The notes under the pieces were generated by a model, which was not told the DNA's origin, ran no database searches, and saw nothing but the letters and a program-made list of their open reading frames with translations. The translations under genes and the position numbers were made by a program. 64,000 bases of DNA, from sequence record JN254800.1; one strand, written 5' to 3'. This document shows positions 37,205-47,006 of this stretch, one piece after another; positions within the stretch are counted from its first letter, which is position 1; each line of letters begins with the position of its first letter. Origin of the DNA: Pseudomonas phage NH-4.

Positions 37205-37255
37205 TAACTGTGGGTTTATAATAACGGAAGTTGCAACTAAGTAAAGCAAATTACA
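37205..37255 (-). promoter_or_regulatory. early promoter GCTTTACT N16-17 TATTAT with AGTTGCAACT palindrome in spacer
   Basis: The - strand reads TTGCTTTACTTAGTTGCAACTTCCGTTATTATAAACC upstream of the SSB-like gene. Confidence 0.45.
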
Positions 37256-37257
37256 TA

Positions 37258-37890
37258 TCAAGATTTGCTCTTTTTCACCTTCGGTTTCGTGATCTTGGCC
37301 TCTTTGTATTCGTGTACGCCGATGAAATCTGGCAACTCTTCGCCCTTCTCCAGGTACTCGCGACCGAACGCCTGGAGGGTCTGGTAATGGACATCGCGGT
37401 TGATGGTGGCGTCATAGCCGGCTTCGATGATGGCCTCGGCCGCCTTCTTCGCATCTTCCATTTCGCCGCGACCGAATTCGGCCAGAACCTTGGTCTTGAT
37501 GATGCCGTCGTTGTCGGTGTCTTCCAGCCACTTCCAGAACTTCGATTTGTTCTCTTCCTTGACGGAAATGATGGCCTTCGGCTCTACTTTTACCGTGCGA
37601 CCGTCCGCCAGAGTAGTGGTCTTCTGACCAAGCTCCTCCAACAGCTCCGGAATGGTGTTACGCTTGAGGGTCTTCAGCTCCTCTTCCTTTTCGGCCAGCG
37701 CCTTTTGAAGATCGAGGATTTCGCCGTCCAGCTGCGAAGCCTTGTCCACCAAGTTCAGCAGTCGATGGCCGATGTCGGTGGCTTCAACCGCCATTTCATC
37801 CATGACGCCAAAATAGTCGATTTCGCCCGGCGCGTTCTCTTTCAAGTATTCCGGGATTTCAAGCTCTTGCTCTTTCATGTCCGCCTCCAA
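37258..37890 (-). CDS. coiled-coil replication/recombination-associated hypothetical protein (210 aa)
   Basis: Charged and helical. No confident family. Confidence 0.45.
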   Translation of the reverse strand: MEADMKEQELEIPEYLKENAPGEIDYFGVMDEMAVEATDIGHRLLNLVDKASQLDGEILDLQKALAEKEEELKTLKRNTIPELLEELGQKTTTLADGRTVKVEPKAIISVKEENKSKFWKWLEDTDNDGIIKTKVLAEFGRGEMEDAKKAAEAIIEAGYDATINRDVHYQTLQAFGREYLEKGEELPDFIGVHEYKEAKITKPKVKKSKS

Positions 37891-37972
37891 CTTAGTGATG
37901 TTCCCTTACTTGAACCAAGTATTGAGTAGATATTATGCCGCATCTTCCTTGATACGGCTACTGATTTACATA

Positions 37973-39532
37973 TTAAATTTCGTCGCGAGTGCTAACGTCA
38001 GCCTCAAACACGCCATCAACGACATAACTTGCCAGGTTGCGTTTCCACTCCAAGCTGACCTGGATTTTCTCGTCGATGGAATCCAGACAGATCAGGTCGA
38101 AGTACAGAACCGAGTTGACGGTGCCGATTCGATGATTTCGGTCTTCGGACTGCATCCGCAGCTCGTTGTCTTCGTCGGTCGTGTAGTAGATGGCCACGTC
38201 TGCGGCTGTGAGCGTGATCCCGATCCCTGCTGCGGCCGGGTTGCCCAGGAACACCTGGACGCGCTTGGCCTGGAAATCGTCGATCAATTTTTCCCGCTCG
38301 GCCTCTTTGGTCTCGCCGTAGTAGGTACCAAACGAAATCCCTTGGGCCTCCAAATACGCCTTGATCTGGTCGATTTCCTGAATGCGCATGGCCCAGACGA
38401 TGATGGAACGCTCCGGGTCTTCCTCCAGCAGACCCTCCAGAAGATCAGTAAACACGGCGAATCGCGGGTTGTCTTCGGGCGGCAGGATCACCGGCTCACC
38501 ATAGACGTTGATATAGCCGGACGCCACTTGCTTGAGCTTCGAGCGCGCTGCCGCAGCATCGAAAGATACATCAAGCATGAAATCTTCGTTCTGGAGAACA
38601 AAGTGGTAGTCTTCTTCCACGCGCTGGTAAACCTTTCGTTGCTCAGGCGACATTTCGAAGTATATGCGCTTGTACACTTTGTCCGGCAGGAATGGGAGTG
38701 CTTCTTTCTTCGTTACACGGAAACTGTGCGGCTCGATCAGGGACCGCAGCTTGTCCAGGTTCCGGAATACCGGGCGCCCATAATCGTCTTTTTCGACGAG
38801 CTGGGGCGGCATGGTACTCTTACCGTCCAATTTTCGCATGATGGCTACCATTCGCGGATCGTCACTGGGAACCAGAACGGAAAATTCAGCCACGAACGCC
38901 CGATAGGATTTCGTCCCCAGAATACCATCACGCAGGAATTGAAACTGCATGAACAAATCGGTCGGCGCTCGCGTCAGAGGCGTGCCAGAAAGGATGCGCC
39001 GTGCCACGGCCTTCTCGCCCAACTTAACAATCTTTTTCGCGCGTTTGGCTTGTGGGTTTTTGATCCTCGTGGATTCGTCCACAATTGCGCAGACTTTGAA
39101 CGTCTTGAGGAATCGCTCCACTTCGTCATAGCCAGCCTGATGGTTGATGGCATCGACGTTTATGGCAAAAACCCGAAGAACTTTTTCATCTGCGAACGTC
39201 TCGGCATACAGACGATCCAAGCGCGCCCTGGCCTTTTTGGAAGTCGGTCGGCCGCGCCAATCCACGCTCAGGGTCTTGATGGCGACGTGTGTCGGAATTT
39301 CTCGAAGAATCCAGTTGGTATGGACACCCTTTGGGGCGACGATGAGCAATGCGTCCACCCGGCCCTGTAGGAAGAGGCGAACGGCATCGGCCAAAGTCGT
39401 CCAAGTCTTCCCGGTGCCCTGCTCCATCAGGTATGCGAAATTCCGTTTGTTCAGGGACGCGGCCAGGGCATTGAACTGGTGCTGCATGGCCTCGGTCTTC
39501 ATGCCCTTGACGGGATATGTTTTGGCTTTCAT
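37973..39532 (-). CDS. SNF2-family (DEAD/DEAH-like) ATP-dependent helicase
   Basis: Motif I region, DExx CAIVDESTRIKN, GTPLTRAPTDLFMQFQFL, and C-terminal helicase domain motifs. Confidence 0.85.
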   Translation of the reverse strand: MKAKTYPVKGMKTEAMQHQFNALAASLNKRNFAYLMEQGTGKTWTTLADAVRLFLQGRVDALLIVAPKGVHTNWILREIPTHVAIKTLSVDWRGRPTSKKARARLDRLYAETFADEKVLRVFAINVDAINHQAGYDEVERFLKTFKVCAIVDESTRIKNPQAKRAKKIVKLGEKAVARRILSGTPLTRAPTDLFMQFQFLRDGILGTKSYRAFVAEFSVLVPSDDPRMVAIMRKLDGKSTMPPQLVEKDDYGRPVFRNLDKLRSLIEPHSFRVTKKEALPFLPDKVYKRIYFEMSPEQRKVYQRVEEDYHFVLQNEDFMLDVSFDAAAARSKLKQVASGYINVYGEPVILPPEDNPRFAVFTDLLEGLLEEDPERSIIVWAMRIQEIDQIKAYLEAQGISFGTYYGETKEAEREKLIDDFQAKRVQVFLGNPAAAGIGITLTAADVAIYYTTDEDNELRMQSEDRNHRIGTVNSVLYFDLICLDSIDEKIQVSLEWKRNLASYVVDGVFEADVSTRDEI

Positions 39533-39945
39533 TTGTTCTCCAGATCAGCGAGGAACTGGACGATGTTGTCCAGTCCTTCCGCATAGCTCGCAACTTCCAC
39601 CAAATCGCGGCTGTTAAGCTCGAACAAATCGAGCATAGGATTCAGCAGCAGCCAATCGGTTCCGATCTTGGCCAGGACGAAGCCCCGGCCACCCCAGCCG
39701 ATCCGCTCCCGAAGAAAAGGGATTTGCCCAGGTTCGAAACATCTGGCCATTGGGCAGGTGGAAGCGCGTTTCGGCCACTCCTCCAAAGCCTTGAACTCGA
39801 CCCAGAACTGGACACCTCGACGATTCAGGCAGATCGAATCGGACATGCCAGACCGCCGCGTCTCCAGAAAATCGATCAGGATTCGACCGAGCGAGCGCTG
39901 CTTAAACGCATTCGCGGCTTTCGTTTCGCGATCATTCATCGCCAT
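39529..39945 (-). CDS. VRR-NUC domain nuclease
   Basis: 138 aa with the PD-(D/E)xK-like FWVEFK motif. Coupled to the SNF2 helicase, a common association. Confidence 0.6.
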   Translation of the reverse strand: MAMNDRETKAANAFKQRSLGRILIDFLETRRSGMSDSICLNRRGVQFWVEFKALEEWPKRASTCPMARCFEPGQIPFLRERIGWGGRGFVLAKIGTDWLLLNPMLDLFELNSRDLVEVASYAEGLDNIVQFLADLENK

Positions 39946-42900
39946 TCCCCTCTTCGGAATTTTTCTCTGCTTGCGCTGCCAACTTTGACTTCTCGCGCTC
40001 TGTCAATATCCGCTTGACGGCCTTCACGATGAACATATCGATTCCGCTGAGCTTCCAGCCTTTGATGAGGAACCAAGAACCTGTCGGCGTCCCTTCAGCA
40101 ATCTGCTTTCCGTATTGCAGATATTTCTCAGGCCGAATTCTGAAACGTATCGGTTGATCAACAGAATCGTCCACGCACATGATGTCGAGGAACTGCGACT
40201 GGCCTTTGTACACCGGGTTTTTCCCTTGGTCGGCCCTCTTCTTCTGGCGAATCGGTTCGTTCTCATCAGACAAAACTTTCTTCACCATCTTGGCGATGAC
40301 CAGGCCATCGTCGCCATCGCGGATGTCACGAATGTTCTGAATGGGGTTTCCGGAAGTCACTCCAACCAGCTCCGGATTGTCATAAGCGTGACCCCAGAGC
40401 GTATGAGCTTCGTTCAAGTCTGCGAACTGAACTTCAGAGTTTGACAAACTCGCGGCGACTTTCTCCCAATCCTGAAGGGTCTTCAGGTGGGGACCGGCCA
40501 GCTCTTTATATTGAGCCTTCAACTCCTTCAGATCGGCTTTCAACTCCTTCAGGTCGGACTTCAACAACTTCTCCAGTTCTTTGTCTTGGCTGATTTTCGC
40601 CGAGAGAATCTGGGCTTCCAGCGCTGCTACATCATCAGACTTATCCTCCACATCTTGCGCCGATATCGGACAATTGGCCAGGGCGATCCTCGCGGCCTTG
40701 ACATCCTCGCGAAGACGCAGGAACCTCTCGGCCTTAGCCGGGCCGAAGCCTTTGGCGTTCATGATGCCGCCGATCAAGCGTCCGTCCGCCACCACCCAGT
40801 TGAGTTCGGAATGCTCCGGGTCCAGGGCCGTATATTCTACGCCTTCCTTGGCCAATTCGCGAAGGATAGACACAGTTTGCTGGTCGTCCTTCGCCGCCCG
40901 AAGGCACGCGGCCGCGTACTCCAACCGATGGTATCGCTTCATGTAGCAGGTCCAGTACGTCACCACGGCATAGCTGACCGAGTGCGAGCGGTTGAAGCCC
41001 CAGGCGCCGAACGTTACCATTTCCTGCCAAACACGGTGAGCATCGTCCGGGGCGACGCCTATGGTCTTGGCGCCCTCGATGAACAATTCCCGGCGCTTGT
41101 TGAAAAATTCTTCGCCCTTTCGCGCAGACATGGCTTTCCGAATCGCCGACGTTTGTTCCCAGTCGAACTGCCCAATGTCCTTCACAATGGACATGATCTG
41201 TTCTTGGTACAGGAAAACTCCATATGTTCCAGACAGATACTGCTCGACCTGCGGGATGGTATAGGTCACAGGCTCGCGACCGGCCACGCGCTCGATATAC
41301 TTGGTTGCCATACCAGAAGACAACGGACCCGGACGGGCGAGCGCCGTGATGTGGTCGATGTTCTCGAACGCGGTGATGTTGATCGCGTTTGCTACCGAGC
41401 GAACGGCCTGCCCTTCGAACTGAAAGATGCCGGACATTTTGTCTTCATTGAGAACGTCCAGAACCGCCTTGTCGTTCAAAGGCAAGTCGTACAACTCTTG
41501 CGCGGTCACGCAGTTCGCGTCCTGGATGACGCCCAGAGTTCGAAGGCCGAGCGCATCGATCTTGAGGAGGTTCAAATATTCCGAATCCGGCTTATCGAGC
41601 TGCGCGACGCCTTCAGAAGTTACCGTACAGAAGTCGATAACTTCATCGTTGCAGACCAGGATGCCTGCCGCGTGGACTCCAGAGTGGGATGGGTGAATTT
41701 CGAGGTCGCCCATGCAGGCGGACGCAATCTCATACTTTTCACGGAAGTCGCGGCCGGGTTGAGTTTTTTCGAAAGTGTCCTCCAATCCTTTTCCATATCG
41801 TTCGTCCGCCGATGTATATTCGATGATCGAGTTTTTGATGTTGTCGGTATCGTGGAAGGGGATGCCGAAGCGTTTTCCGACGTGAGCGATAACCGACGCG
41901 GCCTTGAGTGTGTTGATGTTACCCAACTTCACAACGTTCCAAGTGCCATACTTCTGCTGGAGATATTCGAACACTAGATAGCGATGGGTATCGGCGAAGT
42001 CGATATCTATATCGGGAAGATCGGACCGGGAAATGTCGATAAAGCGCTGGAAGAGAAGGCGATGAGGGAGCGGGTCAACCTCGGTAATGCCAAGGAGATA
42101 GCAGACCAAAGAGCCGGCCGAAGAGCCGCGAGCTGGACCGACCAGCATGTGCTTCTTGGCAAACGCGACCAGATCTGCCACGACCAGGAAGTAGCTGTCG
42201 AAATCTTTCAGCTGAATCTGCTTGATCTCTTCTTGGAATCGATCCTCATACTCCTGGGTCCATTCCTTGATGTGGCCGCGACTGAGGCGGTAGGCTTGCC
42301 CCTCGCGAGCCAGAGCGACGATATCACCATCCAAGTGGATCATCGGCGCCTTCGCCAGTTTCACATCCGCCAACCGCTCGACTACCGCACGAGTATTGGT
42401 GATGGCGGAATCGAACTCTTCGCGAGTCATGATATGGCGTAAACGGCTCCACAACTCCTCTTCAGTGGCGATGTGGCGAAGGCCGACCGACTCCCGCACC
42501 TTCCAGGCCGACGCGAAATCAGCATGGTCGATGGACGGCATGTCGTTGTAAGAGGTAATCACCACCGGCTTTCCGAATGCTCTGGACGTCTCCATAGCAC
42601 CGTGCGCGGCGACCATCGACGCGGGATTGATGTCAATGTAGTCGATTCCGGCCAGATCCAGATGGGCATAGGCCTCGCCAGCGAATTTGATGACGCCGTC
42701 AGCTTCCTGGAATTCTTGCGGAGTCAATCCTTGATTCTGGACCGACTTGGAAGTCAAGCGGTAGAACTTCTTGGTGTCCTTGGCGAGCACCCAGGCTTTG
42801 AGCTTCAGCTCTTTCTCGCCATCGTCGGCGCATTTGATCGGGATTTCCATGCCGAATCCGCGAGGCAGTTCTGCCTTGGTAGCGGCTTGTTCCCAACGGA

Positions 42901-43042
42901 CGTGGCCCCATGTTCCATCATCGACGATGGCGACGAATGGGGATTCGATCTCTTTGGCGCGCTCGATGATCTCCGGGAATCGACCATATGCGGCGCCGTA
43001 GGAGTAACCAGAGCGAACGCGGAGCTGAGGGAAAGACATCAT
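39932..43042 (-). CDS. dnaE: DNA polymerase III alpha-like (DnaE-type, C-family) polymerase
   Basis: N-terminal PHP domain (LRVRSGYSYGAAYG) and the DnaE signature PARGSSAGSLVCYLLGITEVDPL. 1036 aa. Confidence 0.9.
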   Translation of the reverse strand: MMSFPQLRVRSGYSYGAAYGRFPEIIERAKEIESPFVAIVDDGTWGHVRWEQAATKAELPRGFGMEIPIKCADDGEKELKLKAWVLAKDTKKFYRLTSKSVQNQGLTPQEFQEADGVIKFAGEAYAHLDLAGIDYIDINPASMVAAHGAMETSRAFGKPVVITSYNDMPSIDHADFASAWKVRESVGLRHIATEEELWSRLRHIMTREEFDSAITNTRAVVERLADVKLAKAPMIHLDGDIVALAREGQAYRLSRGHIKEWTQEYEDRFQEEIKQIQLKDFDSYFLVVADLVAFAKKHMLVGPARGSSAGSLVCYLLGITEVDPLPHRLLFQRFIDISRSDLPDIDIDFADTHRYLVFEYLQQKYGTWNVVKLGNINTLKAASVIAHVGKRFGIPFHDTDNIKNSIIEYTSADERYGKGLEDTFEKTQPGRDFREKYEIASACMGDLEIHPSHSGVHAAGILVCNDEVIDFCTVTSEGVAQLDKPDSEYLNLLKIDALGLRTLGVIQDANCVTAQELYDLPLNDKAVLDVLNEDKMSGIFQFEGQAVRSVANAINITAFENIDHITALARPGPLSSGMATKYIERVAGREPVTYTIPQVEQYLSGTYGVFLYQEQIMSIVKDIGQFDWEQTSAIRKAMSARKGEEFFNKRRELFIEGAKTIGVAPDDAHRVWQEMVTFGAWGFNRSHSVSYAVVTYWTCYMKRYHRLEYAAACLRAAKDDQQTVSILRELAKEGVEYTALDPEHSELNWVVADGRLIGGIMNAKGFGPAKAERFLRLREDVKAARIALANCPISAQDVEDKSDDVAALEAQILSAKISQDKELEKLLKSDLKELKADLKELKAQYKELAGPHLKTLQDWEKVAASLSNSEVQFADLNEAHTLWGHAYDNPELVGVTSGNPIQNIRDIRDGDDGLVIAKMVKKVLSDENEPIRQKKRADQGKNPVYKGQSQFLDIMCVDDSVDQPIRFRIRPEKYLQYGKQIAEGTPTGSWFLIKGWKLSGIDMFIVKAVKRILTEREKSKLAAQAEKNSEEGNGDE

Positions 43043-43593
43043 GCGGCCTCCATTGCTTGATACGCCCGATACACTCCCATGCGCTTGCAGACTTCGTGGA
43101 GCAGCCGCACGTCGTCGAGCGCCCGGTGTTTCTGTACATATGGGCCGCAGTAGTGCTCATAAAGATGTTGCAGCCGCATGCGGTGGCCGAACAACGGCGC
43201 CGACTCTTCCACAGTACAGATATCGAGCGATGGGAAATTGACTTCGTCCAGGCCGAACTTGCCGCGAGCCAGATCGCAGGTCAGCATGAACTTATCGAAT
43301 GGCAGGTTGTGGGCAATATTCGCGTCGGCTCTGGAAAAGAAGTCGCGAACTTTCTGGCGCTGATCGAGGAAAGATGGGTGCTTGACCAGGTCTTCGTTCT
43401 TCAACCCGGTGATCTTGGTGATGATTTCCTCGATAACGATTCCAGGATTGCAGATGAACTCTACTTCATCCAAAATCTTTTCGCCATCAGTTATCACGCC
43501 GGCGAATTCGATGATTCTCGGCTGCTTTCTCAGACTCACCCTTTGGTGGAACGGGAGTCCTGTGGTCTCAGTATCCCATACAGCGAATATCAT
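43039..43593 (-). CDS. DnaQ-like 3'-5' exonuclease (DEDDh)
   Basis: Exo I WDTETTG, Exo II HNLPFD, Exo III HRALDD. Confidence 0.8.
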   Translation of the reverse strand: MIFAVWDTETTGLPFHQRVSLRKQPRIIEFAGVITDGEKILDEVEFICNPGIVIEEIITKITGLKNEDLVKHPSFLDQRQKVRDFFSRADANIAHNLPFDKFMLTCDLARGKFGLDEVNFPSLDICTVEESAPLFGHRMRLQHLYEHYCGPYVQKHRALDDVRLLHEVCKRMGVYRAYQAMEAA

Positions 43594-43668
43594 GTTTGTT
43601 CCCTCTTATGTCGAAAGGCCGGCTGCTTTCGCGACCGGCCTGAGGAGTATACCGCGACGGCTGAAGAT

Positions 43669-44685
43669 TTACGCCTTCTGTCCGTCTTTCGGCGTGATGC
43701 GGCCGGAGCGCATGGTGGCGTGAACAAACGCCGAATAGTTGATCGAGTCCAAGGCCGAATCGGCATCCTTGAACCCGCTATTCGCCAGGCGAGTTAGTTT
43801 GCCCACCATATGCATCACGAACAGGGCGAGCCGATGGTCATCTGCGGTCTTCGCCACCAGGCCGTTCGGGAAGAGGATTTCCATGATCTTGCCATACATC
43901 AGATCATTTCGGCCATAAGCGCTCTGGCGGTCGCGGAAAATGTCTGCTGCGGCGTACAGATTGTTGAGAACATCTTCCGCGAAATCATCTGGATGGGAAT
44001 CATCTTCGCCCGGCCAGACGGATTCCATGGCGAACGGCGCGGCGTCTTCGGTCGGGTCTTCGGACTGAGCCGTTTCAGCGAGCGGAGACGGGGCTTTCGC
44101 AAACGCCTTGTCGAGGGTAGGGGCGGAGTTCGGGACGGCCGGGAACGGCTCGCCTGCCATGTCGTTGGGCGCGCTATCGGGGTCGCTATCGGCCGCGACG
44201 GCGAAGAACGGCGCATCGCAACCTTCCAGGTTCAGGATGTAGGAGTCGATCCCCAGGCTATTGTAGGCATCGATGATGTCCTGGCGATCATCGAACGCCG
44301 CGACGATCTTGGTAACGCCTTCGATTTTCTTCAGGATGTCGAGCGCGACTGCCCGCTTGAACTGAGGCGCCGGCTCGGTGTTACCATACGGCCGCATGAT
44401 GAGTTCATACTCGCGATGTTCGGCGATACCGAGTTCGCGGTGAATCTTGGCCCTGGTCTGGAAAAAGTGGTTGTCGGTTCGGCCGGTGATGAAGAAGATC
44501 ATGAGGTCAGCATCGATAGCATTTCTGATGCGACCTACAGCATGCGGGTTGAGAGCGTCTTTGTCGAGACGAGAATGATACTCGTCCCACTGCCGTTCCA
44601 AGGCGAAGCTCTTACGGTGGCTATCGTCAAAGACGCAGCCGTCCAGGTCGAAGATGATGATGCCATTCTTGGGTTTGCGTTCCAT
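43669..44685 (-). CDS. HAD-superfamily phosphatase fused to conserved C-terminal helical domain of unknown function
   Basis: DxDG motif IIIFDLDGCVFDD plus FFITGRTD and AAFDDRQD. The C-terminal SAYGRNDLMYGKIMEILFPNGL...DHRLALFVMHMVGKL domain recurs in phage nucleotide-metabolism proteins (recollection). Confidence 0.55.
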   Translation of the reverse strand: MERKPKNGIIIFDLDGCVFDDSHRKSFALERQWDEYHSRLDKDALNPHAVGRIRNAIDADLMIFFITGRTDNHFFQTRAKIHRELGIAEHREYELIMRPYGNTEPAPQFKRAVALDILKKIEGVTKIVAAFDDRQDIIDAYNSLGIDSYILNLEGCDAPFFAVAADSDPDSAPNDMAGEPFPAVPNSAPTLDKAFAKAPSPLAETAQSEDPTEDAAPFAMESVWPGEDDSHPDDFAEDVLNNLYAAADIFRDRQSAYGRNDLMYGKIMEILFPNGLVAKTADDHRLALFVMHMVGKLTRLANSGFKDADSALDSINYSAFVHATMRSGRITPKDGQKA

Positions 44686-44687
44686 AT

Positions 44688-44879
44688 TCAGATTTCCTTG
44701 ATGGTTGCTTTCTGGGTGACGGTTTTATCGATGAACGTCCCATCAGAAGTGAGTCGGAAAACTTCGCAGTTCTGAGTGAAATCGAACGATTGTACGTTCA
44801 TCGTGATGCGAATGGATTCGCTGCCGTTGGTCACTTCGACTTGTGCGATGTCGCCAACTTTCTCGACAATGATCTTCAT
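44688..44879 (-). CDS. small hypothetical protein (63 aa)
   Basis: Internal ATG 1 nt after the ThyX-like stop. Confidence 0.4.
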   Translation of the reverse strand: MKIIVEKVGDIAQVEVTNGSESIRITMNVQSFDFTQNCEVFRLTSDGTFIDKTVTQKATIKEI

Positions 44880-44880
44880 T

Positions 44881-45798
44881 TTACATGGACTTCCCGTTGA
44901 TGGCCACAGGATTGGCCTCTTGCTTTTCCGATCCCCAGAAATCGCGGCGCAGAGCTTCCTGCTCGGCCGAGCGATCCATCCAGGGGCGATAGAACTTACA
45001 CTGGTAGATAGGTTCCAACGGAACATCAACCACAGGAATCTGGCCGGGCTTCGTCTCCAGAGCGGACATGAACCGGTCATAGGATTTCTGCTGGATTTCC
45101 TCTTCATTCATCACCTTCGACCCATAGCGCGGGAAAGCGCAGGAGCCGGTGGCGACGCAGTGCGGCTGGAGCAGGCTGTCGAACATCGGATAGACTTCCA
45201 GAACCAGCCGGCGCATCTCGCGGAACACTTCCTGGTATTCACCCTGGGTCCGAACACACAGGCGAACCTTCGCCATGTCACTGAGAGTCCGCAGATTGAA
45301 CTTGGCCGCGATCTTCGTTTCCATGTTGGAAGGAATGATTGCACGAGCGTCCTGGAGCGACGCGCCGGCCTCCAGCAGCTTCTGGTAACTGGTCTGCGCG
45401 TCGGCTATGGCATCGTGCCACAGGCGGTTCAGCTCTTCGCGGGCGTGGTAGGTCGGGTCAGGCTCGCCATTTACCGTAGCCGGTTCGTCGAATTCCCAGC
45501 GGAATGCTTCCGGCTGAACGACGGCGCTGATTTCCAGAGCGCGACTGGTTTCCTGCTGGTAAGCCCCGGTGCGAGTCCGAACGAGTTGATGGGTGAAATT
45601 CTTGCTGACTCCCTCGATCTGGAAAATGAAGTCCACGAACTCGAACGGCGAGCGGATGGTGTCCAGCATGTACTTCCAGTGGTCGAGCTTTTCGGCCTCG
45701 GTCATGGTCGCCGGGTCTTGGCCGCGCATGCGGGTGGACTTCGTTCCCAAGAGCAATTCCCAGGAGTTCTGGGTGTAACTGATCAGAGAAATTTTCAT
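44881..45798 (-). CDS. thyX: flavin-dependent thymidylate synthase (ThyX)-like protein with substitutions in signature motifs
   Basis: SPFEFVDFIFQIEGVSKNFTHQLVRTRTGAYQQETSR aligns to ThyX TPFEH...RHR-X7-S, but reads FEF instead of FEH and RTR instead of RHR. Confidence 0.6.
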   Translation of the reverse strand: MKISLISYTQNSWELLLGTKSTRMRGQDPATMTEAEKLDHWKYMLDTIRSPFEFVDFIFQIEGVSKNFTHQLVRTRTGAYQQETSRALEISAVVQPEAFRWEFDEPATVNGEPDPTYHAREELNRLWHDAIADAQTSYQKLLEAGASLQDARAIIPSNMETKIAAKFNLRTLSDMAKVRLCVRTQGEYQEVFREMRRLVLEVYPMFDSLLQPHCVATGSCAFPRYGSKVMNEEEIQQKSYDRFMSALETKPGQIPVVDVPLEPIYQCKFYRPWMDRSAEQEALRRDFWGSEKQEANPVAINGKSM

Positions 45799-46004
45799 CA
45801 GAAATCTTCCGGAATTGGCGTGAAGTGGAATTTTTCGGTGAGAGCCAGGGCCAGGCCTTGGGCTTGCTCCCTGTTAAGGCCATACTGCTCTATCTCTTCC
45901 TTGAGCAGTTCGCAGGCCTCCAGACGCGCCTCATACTCTTCAGCCTCATGGACGGATGAGAAGACGGCTCCATCAGAGGTTCGGTACACAAGTTCGATCG
46001 CCAT
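45798..46004 (-). CDS. small hypothetical protein (68 aa)
   Basis: Internal ATG with RBS GAGGT. The 3' end overlaps the ThyX start. Confidence 0.4.
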   Translation of the reverse strand: MAIELVYRTSDGAVFSSVHEAEEYEARLEACELLKEEIEQYGLNREQAQGLALALTEKFHFTPIPEDF

Positions 46005-46011
46005 GGTGACC

Positions 46012-46269
46012 TCAGTAGCAGCGGATGATTTCGGCGCGGATGTCGCGACGGTCGAGGTAGTGCTCACGAATCTTGTCGCGGGCACGCTCGGCCTCTTCGC
46101 GGCTGCCGAACGACAGGTTGAACGACGTGAAAGGCTTATCGTCCAGTTCAGCGCCGGTCTGATACAGGATTCCTACCAGAACGAAAGACGGCGCGGTCTT
46201 CGGCTGCTGGTCGATTTGCATTTCGAGGAAAGACATGGGAACCTCTTCAGGATGGTCTGGTGAGTACAT
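46012..46269 (-). CDS. small hypothetical protein (85 aa)
   Basis: RBS AGGAG 8 nt before the ATG. Confidence 0.45.
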   Translation of the reverse strand: MYSPDHPEEVPMSFLEMQIDQQPKTAPSFVLVGILYQTGAELDDKPFTSFNLSFGSREEAERARDKIREHYLDRRDIRAEIIRCY

Positions 46270-46487
46270 CAATAGCGCTCCTGCTGAGCAGCTACGGTTT
46301 CCGGCTCGTAGATGAGCATGTCAACGATTTCCGGACACTGGCCTTTCACCCAGTCGATGGCCGCGACCAGTGTGGTGGAAGCGGAGAAAGAGAAAGTGCG
46401 GTAAGACTCATGGATGTACGGAGACCCCATAGAATCGCGCTCGGTGGTGCGCGAAATGACTGCTTTGATATTAATGATCCGGCCCAT
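46269..46487 (-). CDS. small hypothetical protein (72 aa)
   Basis: RBS GGAGG 6 nt before the ATG. Confidence 0.45.
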   Translation of the reverse strand: MGRIINIKAVISRTTERDSMGSPYIHESYRTFSFSASTTLVAAIDWVKGQCPEIVDMLIYEPETVAAQQERY

Positions 46488-46689
46488 CTTCGGCCTCCAC
46501 TTTAGCGATTATATCTGACAGGCTTAACTTCTCGCCATTCAGGAAATAACTGGCGCGAAACTTCCTGTCGCCCTCTGGCCCGACGATTCGGGCCGTTATG
46601 GTGAGACTCCCGCCGCCAAGGGCATCGGTGTCCCGGAAGAAAGCTAGCAGCGCCCGCTTGAGCGCTGCTTCGCGAGGATCGACGGCCAT
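46471..46689 (-). CDS. small hypothetical protein (72 aa)
   Basis: TAATG coupling with the upstream gene. Confidence 0.4.
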   Translation of the reverse strand: MAVDPREAALKRALLAFFRDTDALGGGSLTITARIVGPEGDRKFRASYFLNGEKLSLSDIIAKVEAEDGPDH

Positions 46690-46919
46690 TAACCTACCAC
46701 GTTCCAGCCGTGCTGAGCGCACCACACGGCACCGGCCCCTGCAGGAAGACTATTCAGAAGGAACACAGGAGTCAGGCGGCCATCCTCGGTCATATGGACG
46801 AAGTAGCGGGCGCCTTCACCGAGCCACTCGGCCTTGGCGATGGCACGTTCGAGATTGGCCTTGGTGGCGTAGGTCTTGGTGTGGTTCTTGTCGGTGGAGA
46901 AGGTTACTTCGCGGGCCAT
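46689..46919 (-). CDS. small hypothetical protein (76 aa)
   Basis: RBS AAGGAA. Preceded by a conserved promoter/leader copy. Confidence 0.5.
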   Translation of the reverse strand: MAREVTFSTDKNHTKTYATKANLERAIAKAEWLGEGARYFVHMTEDGRLTPVFLLNSLPAGAGAVWCAQHGWNVVG

Positions 46920-46962
46920 TTGTCGATTCCTTTTGGTTGAAGGGTTTCGCGTTTCGATGAGG

Positions 46963-47000
46963 GAATATTACGCCCACCTGATCCAGAAGTAAAGCACTTT
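46963..47000 (-). promoter_or_regulatory. sigma70-like early promoter (copy 2 of conserved family), -35 TTTACT N17 -10 TAATAT plus conserved leader
   Basis: The - strand reads AAGTGCTTTACTTCTGGATCAGGTGGGCGTAATAT, then TCCCTCATCGAAACGCGAAACCCTTCAACCAAAAGGAATCGACAAATG. Confidence 0.5.
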
Positions 47001-47006
47001 TGTAAA

